Source of the DNA: a virus
Taxonomy: Duplodnaviria; Heunggongvirae; Uroviricota; Caudoviricetes
Strand: one strand, 5' to 3'
Length of the DNA: 64,000 nucleotides
IMG/VR virus record: IMGVR_UViG_3300029415_000001
Made by a program: the position numbers and the translations under genes. Positions 56,893 to 64,000 of the stretch are shown here, piece by piece. The number at the start of each line of letters is the position of its first letter. Within the stretch, counting starts at the first letter, position 1. Below the pieces are notes generated by a model. That model worked only from the letters and a program-made list of their open reading frames with translations. It had not been told where the DNA came from and did no database searches.

Positions 56893-59869
56893 TATTTAGC
56901 TCCTTTGCCACACCTAATAACAGTTCCAGCAATCCGTCACCATTCATCAGTGATGCGGCAGCGGCCTCTTTGTCATGATACAACTGAAGAGCCATAGAGA
57001 ATACTTCCGTTGCTGACGTTTTGGAAATAGTCGGTGATTTCTGCCGAATTTTCCCTGAGTTACTCACTGAGACTGGCGGGTATACCTTCGCCATATAAAT
57101 ATTACTCAATCGAGATCTGAAGCACCATTCAGGCTTGCCACGCCCACCTATATTGACGAAAGATGGCTTATCCCCTTCAACATTGGCCTTCAGGAATGAC
57201 CGGGCTTTCTCTAACAAACCAGGGTTACTGTACTCAAGATGATGACCCAGCTCGTGCCACAGTGCACTTGCATTTTCATCGTTCAAATTGACAGCAACAA
57301 CACCATTTAGATTTGCATATGCCCTTCCCTGGTGGTGAACCACTTTTGATAAGGTCGATATTTTCCCGCCGGTCAGGCGATAAATATCAGCAAGTTCCTT
57401 GCGCAGGTCTATCCCACCATTCTGTCCAGCGCGGGCTTCTTCCACTTCTTCCGTGATAAAAGAGTCGGCCCACTCAAGAGCTTTTTCTTCAGATACGGAT
57501 GAGTTTGCGATCGCACTGTTCATGGCAGATAACACTTTCTCGTGGACCGAACCCATACTTCGCTGATTCATTTGCCAGCGTGTCTGCGGGTTATATGAGA
57601 ATCGCTTAAGTAGTTGGTCAAGCTGCTCAAGTTCTTCTTCACTGACATACTTTTTAGCCTCACCAATAATGCCAGGGAGAATATTGCCGTTAGGATTAAA
57701 CGCTCGCGAAAGGAAGAGTTTCAGCGCCCCCATGCCCTCCGATGCTTCAATATCACCAATAACCCGGTTAACAATGGCCGCACTCTTCGGATTAGCATCC
57801 GCCAACGCTCTGGCTACGATTTGCAGGGACGATACGACCTCACGCTGCATATCAGTCCTGATCTCATCAATAAACTCTGGCGTTATGCCGTGCTCTTTAA
57901 GGATATCCCGGCCTTCCGCCGTTACCCCATCGATATCACCGACATGTTTATTAACCCGACTTTGCAATGCCTTAAATGCCTTCAGAATTCCACGGGCATC
58001 ATCCGCTTTACTAACGGCCTTCCTGAATGCTGTCAAGAAGTCTGAGTTAACCTCATTTTGTTGATCGGCCCACTGAATGGAGGCATCTTTCATCTCGTCC
58101 AGAGTCAGATCACCCAACGCGGTATGGTCTGTGAATATGAGCGACAACCTCTGAACCATTTCTGCCAATGGTGATGCCGAATGCGCCGCGCTAAGGAATG
58201 CTTTCACCCTGGTTGGGCGAATGGAAAACCAGTCAATAGCTGGTGGCATATCTCCGTTTTTTATCGCCTGCGCTATCTCGTCAAAGCCATCGCGCCCAAG
58301 GGAGGATGCGTGATTTAACAAGCCGCGAAGTAACGAATTGCTGATACCGAATAATCGGCACCATTTTTTCACGTCGGCAACAGGCATTCGAACAAAATGC
58401 GCAAGCACTTGTACAAGCTGTTCATCCTGGGGATCTTTACGGGAAAGCAGCCTGATCAGATGAATAATGTCTTTGATGCCGGATGCCCGATGTAATAGCA
58501 AACTGGTATATGGAGCAACACCGTTGTAACTACCGCCGGAAACGGACTCGAAAAGACCGCCGGATATCCCTTGCATGCCTTCGTTTTCCAGTTCCTGAGA
58601 CACCTGGCGAAGGATATCCTGTAACGACACATCACCACCGCCAAACATATCCCCCAGCGCCTGGCACTGGTGCTGTAACTCATCATTGATACGTTGAGCC
58701 ATCAATTTAAAGGCGGTGGCCATACGCTTCGCGCTACGGTTATTCGCGACGATGAACAACGCGAGAGCTTTCACTTCCGGGGCTGTTTCGCTGAACATAT
58801 CCCCCTGAGCAATAACATCGGTAATATGTTGGCCTGACTCCTTCGATTGTCTTACCAGGTCTACCGCATCTTTCAATGCCGCCAGCGCCTTTTTATCGAG
58901 GCTATCCGCTGTCTCAATGCCATCAACAATAGTTGTCACAGCCTGCTTGTGCGCTTCTCCTGATAAAGCCTGCATCTGGACAAAATCATTGGCTGCCGCA
59001 TTAAGCGCCGTCAGAACATTACGCATATCCGGATCAGGTTCTTCTGCAACCATCCTTACCAGGCGCGCATCCTTATATGCCTTGGCAAATATCGCGTTTT
59101 GTATACGGTCAACAAGTTGCCGTGTTGGTCGCCCATCTTCAGTTACAAGGCCAGCCGCCTGTGTGGCACCAACTTGCGTCATAAATCCGCGAATAAACGC
59201 GTCATTACTGCGGCTAAGCAGATCTCCGCTTTCTGACGGGTTAAACAACGCCATCATCGCCGGAGTTATGTTGTCGGTATCAACAAAAGCCTTTTCACTG
59301 GCTGCCATTTCCTGAAGATCAGAAATATTTGAGTCCTTGGCAAACTGAACGCGGTCAACCTTCGTTAACCGGCGGCGCACCAGTACCGGAGCCGTCATTG
59401 ATTCAACCTTTTCAGGTCGTATGCCGAATTCGGTCGCATGATCAATCAGGTACTCACGATACCGATCCGCATTGCCGTCCTGATAGGCTTTGATGATCCC
59501 CATGGTCCGTCCATTACCTGACTCAACAGCATTGTCCTCACCAATTATCGGCGCGCCATGGCTGGATAAACCGGAATCAGTAAGCTGAGCAGGCCGCAAA
59601 TCTTTGGATATCTGGTTAACTTGAAGAAGGCTGGATGCGCGGGTCCGGTCGCGCGGCTGAAGTTCCTGGGGATAGTCAGGATTAATTTTCCCATCCAGAG
59701 TATTGGATACCAAAAGAGCTGAGGCATCGACGATATCAAACGCTGTTTTTACCTCGTCTCCCTTCGCTGTCACCACATACGAAACCCGCCCATAATCGGG
59801 CAGGTTCTTAAGCAGCTCGATCAGCGTTTCTATGCTGGTGGCCATTACCACCTGATCGCTTAAGCTCAT
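56882..59869 (-). CDS. large darA-operon protein (position/size of P1 DdrB)
   Basis: 995 aa; C-terminal HELGHHLE zincin-like motif; synteny. Confidence 0.5.
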   Translation of the reverse strand: MSLSDQVVMATSIETLIELLKNLPDYGRVSYVVTAKGDEVKTAFDIVDASALLVSNTLDGKINPDYPQELQPRDRTRASSLLQVNQISKDLRPAQLTDSGLSSHGAPIIGEDNAVESGNGRTMGIIKAYQDGNADRYREYLIDHATEFGIRPEKVESMTAPVLVRRRLTKVDRVQFAKDSNISDLQEMAASEKAFVDTDNITPAMMALFNPSESGDLLSRSNDAFIRGFMTQVGATQAAGLVTEDGRPTRQLVDRIQNAIFAKAYKDARLVRMVAEEPDPDMRNVLTALNAAANDFVQMQALSGEAHKQAVTTIVDGIETADSLDKKALAALKDAVDLVRQSKESGQHITDVIAQGDMFSETAPEVKALALFIVANNRSAKRMATAFKLMAQRINDELQHQCQALGDMFGGGDVSLQDILRQVSQELENEGMQGISGGLFESVSGGSYNGVAPYTSLLLHRASGIKDIIHLIRLLSRKDPQDEQLVQVLAHFVRMPVADVKKWCRLFGISNSLLRGLLNHASSLGRDGFDEIAQAIKNGDMPPAIDWFSIRPTRVKAFLSAAHSASPLAEMVQRLSLIFTDHTALGDLTLDEMKDASIQWADQQNEVNSDFLTAFRKAVSKADDARGILKAFKALQSRVNKHVGDIDGVTAEGRDILKEHGITPEFIDEIRTDMQREVVSSLQIVARALADANPKSAAIVNRVIGDIEASEGMGALKLFLSRAFNPNGNILPGIIGEAKKYVSEEELEQLDQLLKRFSYNPQTRWQMNQRSMGSVHEKVLSAMNSAIANSSVSEEKALEWADSFITEEVEEARAGQNGGIDLRKELADIYRLTGGKISTLSKVVHHQGRAYANLNGVVAVNLNDENASALWHELGHHLEYSNPGLLEKARSFLKANVEGDKPSFVNIGGRGKPEWCFRSRLSNIYMAKVYPPVSVSNSGKIRQKSPTISKTSATEVFSMALQLYHDKEAAAASLMNGDGLLELLLGVAKELNNAD

Positions 59870-59881
59870 CCCTGTTACGCC

Positions 59882-60247
59882 TTATGCTGCCTCTTTAATG
59901 TTGGCGGCTATCCATGCCGCCGTGTGCTGTTTAACCTGGTCCAGGTCGATGTATGTGCCAACATATTGACTCAAGTCCTGCAAGGTACCGATAAATGCAT
60001 CTGTGCTCTGATCGACGAATTTATCAGCCAAGAAATCAGCAACCAGTTTTGGCACACCATCATGTACCGAAGGTTGTTTTTCCTCGCCACTACTGCCGCC
60101 GGACGCGCCGTACCCCATCTGTTGCATGATCTGGTCAATTTCATCGCTGATATCCAGCAACTCCATGCCACTCGCGGTAGCCGCTTTGGACATCAGAGCA
60201 TCCAACTTATCGCTGAGATCCATTAACTCAATAGCTGATAGTGTCAT
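59882..60247 (-). CDS. small darA-operon protein
   Basis: 121 aa ORF, coupled to neighbours. Confidence 0.45.
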   Translation of the reverse strand: MTLSAIELMDLSDKLDALMSKAATASGMELLDISDEIDQIMQQMGYGASGGSSGEEKQPSVHDGVPKLVADFLADKFVDQSTDAFIGTLQDLSQYVGTYIDLDQVKQHTAAWIAANIKEAA

Positions 60248-62163
60248 GCCGCTACCCCCGCTTTCTGGATTGCTACCAACAGATCAGCCAGGTGGCGAGC
60301 TGCGCCGTTAACCAGCTCTTCGTTTTCCTCAAAACGTCCGGCAGCCTGAAGGGCTGCAATCGCTTCCCGGACATTGCCCCGGGCGTTACGGATCTCCGCC
60401 ATGTCAGTGCTTTGCATATCCATCACGCTATTGAGATATTCAATGGCTTTATTAGCCTCTGCATCTGCTTCGCTAACCGTTTCATCAGGCTGTGCCGGGA
60501 CCGGTTCTGGTTGAGTAATCTCACCGACTTCGGCCTGCAATGCATTGATCATGCTCTGCACCATTTTCTCGATGCCAGCGCCCCCTGGAAACGCAATATT
60601 GGGGAAAGTTTTTTGAAACTGAGTTTTCAGCATTACGCGGAACTCGTCTGGTGAGCTGGTGGCCAGCTCCAGAGCTTTTTGTGCATATTTGCCAAACGGA
60701 CCATTAGTAAGTGTCTTCGCCAGGAAGTCGAAAGAATCCTCGCGAGGCAATAACTTCAGGTCGTACTCACTCATTTGCTGATCAGAAAGCGGGGTATCGT
60801 AAGTAACAATGCCGTAGCGTGCATATTCATAATACGGGTCACCTTCATCAGGGCGCGGCAGAATTGCTTTGTTACCTTCAGGTATTGCGCCAGGGGCCGC
60901 CGGACGCATTTGCAGGGCATATCGATATGCACCTACAGAGACTTCTGGTTCAGGCAAAGAGCTATCGGTATCCTCCGCTGATTCAGGTTCGACGTTTTCC
61001 GGTTTATGTTCTTCTGGTTGGACCAGATATTCCGATACATTACCCGCTTTATAGGCTTTAAACAGCTTGCCGATCGCATCTGCCATGTCCACACCCTGTA
61101 TGGATTTAGCCTTGATCATGTACACGCTGCCATCCGAATCGGTTAACTGGATATACCCTTCGCCGTCCTCAATGAATTGCTTCATTGATGCACCATTACT
61201 GAGCGTCACTTCCCCGTTCATATGCATACGATTTTTGATACTGGCAAGGCGATCCGTCAGCGCGCGAGAGTGCCCACCAGTCATCCCCGCAGGAGCAATG
61301 GTATCGCGCCCACCAGTGCGATTGAGCTGATCAATCTCCGTCTGCAAACGCTCATTCTCTTCATAAAGAGAATCCGCTTCCGATGCAACAGCGTTAATTT
61401 TCTGCTCCAGATCTGCCTTCTGCCCTTCTACCGCTGCCACCTGATCCGCGAGGTCGCTCATGGCATCCTCTTTCTGGTCACTGTCAGCCTGTAGTTGGGT
61501 TATTTCATCAACAAGGGCTTTTTTCTTCTTCTGCGCACGCTGGAATTTTGCCGAGTTTTTCTCTGCAAGGTTGGCAAGTTTCATGGTGACCTGCGCCAGC
61601 GTCATATCACGTCCACTCATCGGAGCAACGGTGTGAGTAACGTCTTTTTTATTCAGTAAGAACTGGAAAGCAACCAGCGTATCACTATTGGTGATCCGGT
61701 TTTCCGCTGTCGGGCTATGAAACAGAATGCTGATAGTCTGACCATCACTGAGCGGAATAATGGCTGGCAGGACTGGCAGCCCGTTAACGTTACGTGCCCG
61801 GCCAATTTCAGCGCCGCCGATCGCGCGCGCGCCGCTCTGGGCCACATCCCCCGTTTTATCACTCCCCGCAGAGATTCCGGTACCATTCAGCTTCTGGTTC
61901 AATGCCCGGACAAATGCCTGCATGGTCCGGTGTAACTGCAAACGAGTAGAACTAATCGCCTCCAGTAAATCCGTAGCACACCAGTGGATCGGCGTGTCAT
62001 AGAAGAACGTAGCCTCGATTTCCTCCAGGGTGTTGGATTCCGTCATCAGATAGCGGTCCTCACCGGCCATTAATGCGCGATATTCATCATCAGTCACTGG
62101 CGGGGGAAGCACGTCAAGCCCAGGTTTAATCGTCACCCCTTTATTGATATTGAACTGTTCCAT
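60244..62163 (-). CDS. DarA-like anti-restriction protein
   Basis: 639 aa; central coiled coil; size and position match P1 DarA as recalled. Confidence 0.5.
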   Translation of the reverse strand: MEQFNINKGVTIKPGLDVLPPPVTDDEYRALMAGEDRYLMTESNTLEEIEATFFYDTPIHWCATDLLEAISSTRLQLHRTMQAFVRALNQKLNGTGISAGSDKTGDVAQSGARAIGGAEIGRARNVNGLPVLPAIIPLSDGQTISILFHSPTAENRITNSDTLVAFQFLLNKKDVTHTVAPMSGRDMTLAQVTMKLANLAEKNSAKFQRAQKKKKALVDEITQLQADSDQKEDAMSDLADQVAAVEGQKADLEQKINAVASEADSLYEENERLQTEIDQLNRTGGRDTIAPAGMTGGHSRALTDRLASIKNRMHMNGEVTLSNGASMKQFIEDGEGYIQLTDSDGSVYMIKAKSIQGVDMADAIGKLFKAYKAGNVSEYLVQPEEHKPENVEPESAEDTDSSLPEPEVSVGAYRYALQMRPAAPGAIPEGNKAILPRPDEGDPYYEYARYGIVTYDTPLSDQQMSEYDLKLLPREDSFDFLAKTLTNGPFGKYAQKALELATSSPDEFRVMLKTQFQKTFPNIAFPGGAGIEKMVQSMINALQAEVGEITQPEPVPAQPDETVSEADAEANKAIEYLNSVMDMQSTDMAEIRNARGNVREAIAALQAAGRFEENEELVNGAARHLADLLVAIQKAGVAA

Positions 62164-62164
62164 G

Positions 62165-62776
62165 TTAATTTCCTGCTTTCAGTTGCTTAAGACGGCGTTT
62201 GAGTTCGCCATTTCGGGCCTTTTCGTTATTGAGTCGGCCTGTCTCCTTATCCTGCTTCGCCCGCAAATCAGTGATCTGCTGTTGATTGAAAGACACCGAG
62301 TTCTGCGCTGATTTATAAGCGGCAACCACCTGAGCATTCCGCTGTTTTGCCTCTTGCAGGCGCTGAAAGTTGGATTTAACTGCTGGTTTCTTGTCTACCG
62401 GATTAGCAACACGCTTCGCTTTGGCGATCAGTGATTTCTGGAATTTTGCGGAGTTTTTGCGGGCCGCTTGCCCCATGACGGTACCAAGCGTCTTGATATC
62501 TGGCGACTGTGCGTTAGGAATAGCTTTTCCATTCAGTTTCACTGCCGATATATCGCCAGTATCGTTTACCTGTATGGCAAGAATTTGTCCGTCGTTAAGA
62601 ACCAGCTTTGCGGTTTTAACTTTAACCCCATCTTTCGTTGTTGCGCGGTTGCTGGAGTCAACCTCAATTACCGTAACACCGGTTTTATTGATCGTCGCGA
62701 TAAGGGATTTCAGCCCCTTTTCATTAACCTGGTCAAAATCGACCGTTGCATACTTATTTTTCGTCATCTGACACAT
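62165..62776 (-). CDS. darA-operon protein (position of P1 hdf)
   Basis: 203 aa, Lys-rich. Confidence 0.45.
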   Translation of the reverse strand: MCQMTKNKYATVDFDQVNEKGLKSLIATINKTGVTVIEVDSSNRATTKDGVKVKTAKLVLNDGQILAIQVNDTGDISAVKLNGKAIPNAQSPDIKTLGTVMGQAARKNSAKFQKSLIAKAKRVANPVDKKPAVKSNFQRLQEAKQRNAQVVAAYKSAQNSVSFNQQQITDLRAKQDKETGRLNNEKARNGELKRRLKQLKAGN

Positions 62777-63197
62777 CCTGTGCGAGATTTATTACGTAAC
62801 TTCTGCGGATTTGCTGAGTAACAGGGAAAATCCGATACAACGGGTTAATGAACGAGTCGCCATGCGTAACCATGACGTTGAAATGCCACAGTCGCTCTCC
62901 TTTACCCATATATTCAGTGGGTATGTACAACCATTCACTGTTTTCGCCCTGTTCAGCCGACGTCAGACAACGTTGTTCGCCTTCAATCACTGTCGTCGGC
63001 TTCTGAACATCGCGGATCCAATATCTGACCGTTGCGCCGCGCAAAAACGGGAATTTAGACCGGTATTTGAACGGCACCCGGATGAAACCCGATTTAATTT
63101 CCACATCACCAAGTTCTAAATGCGTGATGTCCTTGCGTTTTAGCAAATAGCGATCGGCTAAGGCTAACGCAAGAACGCATACACCCCAGCCAATCAT
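62754..63197 (-). CDS. hypothetical lysis-cluster protein
   Basis: 147 aa ORF. Confidence 0.4.
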   Translation of the reverse strand: MIGWGVCVLALALADRYLLKRKDITHLELGDVEIKSGFIRVPFKYRSKFPFLRGATVRYWIRDVQKPTTVIEGEQRCLTSAEQGENSEWLYIPTEYMGKGERLWHFNVMVTHGDSFINPLYRIFPVTQQIRRSYVINLAQDVSDDEK

Positions 63198-63523
63198 TTC
63201 CCGCCTCCCTTTTTCACCAAACTTGTAAGAACATTCAGAATGCTATCGATATTCACTCGTTTCATCCCTGAAATCACCTCATGACCGTTATTGCTGGCTA
63301 TCGTTACCATTAAGTACGTAATTGATAACTCCCAGCCCTCGTGTTGCCCCAATAGGTACGCCACCGCGCCAGCTGTCACTGCAACAAAGATCTCCGTAAC
63401 CAATCCCAACAAATTGCCAGACTGGCGACCGTCTCGGACATCCATCAGGAACGTGCCTATCCCACCAATTACTGAAAGCAGGAGCGCAATAGCAACTGGA
63501 GCTAATTCCTGTGTGTCAAGCAC
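63194..63523 (-). CDS. holin-like membrane protein
   Basis: 109 aa with three hydrophobic helices and charged C-terminal tail (KKGGGK). Confidence 0.5.
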   Translation of the reverse strand: MLDTQELAPVAIALLLSVIGGIGTFLMDVRDGRQSGNLLGLVTEIFVAVTAGAVAYLLGQHEGWELSITYLMVTIASNNGHEVISGMKRVNIDSILNVLTSLVKKGGGK

Positions 63524-63590
63524 AAGTTCCCTCCTACGTTGTCAGGAGGTAATGGTATGCAAAGTAACTTCTCAATCGGTCATTTGTTGC

Positions 63591-63872
63591 TTAAGAGGCA
63601 TTTCTATTGAGGTACGAATCGATAATCCTTTGTGACTTTTCAAGAATGAGCCTGTTATTGATGCTGCAAATAATAGTCACGCAATTCTGAAGACTTTCAT
63701 CCATACCCTTATATTCCGCGAAATACATGCCTATAAAGCCTGCAAGTACGGCAGCAATACACTCGGCCATCAATTGCCTGCATGACGCCTCGTAACGTTT
63801 TTCACGAACCCCATTCAGAAACGAATGCACCCCGCCAAGGATGGAGAGGAACATTATTGTGACATCAAACAT
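63591..63872 (-). CDS. small membrane protein (holin/antiholin-like)
   Basis: 93 aa, two or three hydrophobic helices. Confidence 0.4.
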   Translation of the reverse strand: MFDVTIMFLSILGGVHSFLNGVREKRYEASCRQLMAECIAAVLAGFIGMYFAEYKGMDESLQNCVTIICSINNRLILEKSQRIIDSYLNRNAS

Positions 63873-64000
63873 AACTATTTCCTCAATAGTGAATTAAATC
63901 TCATTGGGAAACGGTATGTACTTTGTGATTTCCACACACACAGGTTTTTGTTAATTAAAATCCGCAGCTTGCTATAAATAACGATAGTGAGCAGAAAATA

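Overview
This 64-kb window reads as a segment of a P1-like temperate phage-plasmid from an enterobacterial host, with several accessory insertions. The backbone is recognisable directly: a perfect 34-bp loxP site with Cre starting 436 bp from the loxP spacer centre, the c1/coi immunity genes, pacA (carrying the 4+3 TGATCA/G pac hexamers) and pacB, phd-doc, a DnaB-family helicase (ban), an RdgC homologue, a fused C5/N6 DNA methyltransferase, three phage tRNAs (Asn-GTT, Thr-TGT, Ile-CAT), a 2255-aa DarB-like protein, a SAR-type lysozyme, SSB, and more than twelve copies of the 17-bp C1 operator (ATTGCTCTAATAAATTT). The strongest candidate for an undescribed system is a compositionally foreign, AT-rich single gene (39642..40949) encoding a SIR2-like protein with an uncharacterised C-terminal domain, sitting between mat and lxc where canonical P1 (from memory) carries its type III res-mod genes. 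Other cargo: an EcoR124-like type IC hsdR-hsdS-hsdM system whose hsdS carries a 12-bp (TAEL) tandem repeat; a porin gene split by IS10 with a 9-bp target duplication, next to an IS1-family element with a C10 tract; a KilAC-type antirepressor between pacB and c1; and an array of related hairpin-forming repeats interleaved with the tRNAs. All calls rest on reading the sequence and the ORF track by eye; no database search was run.
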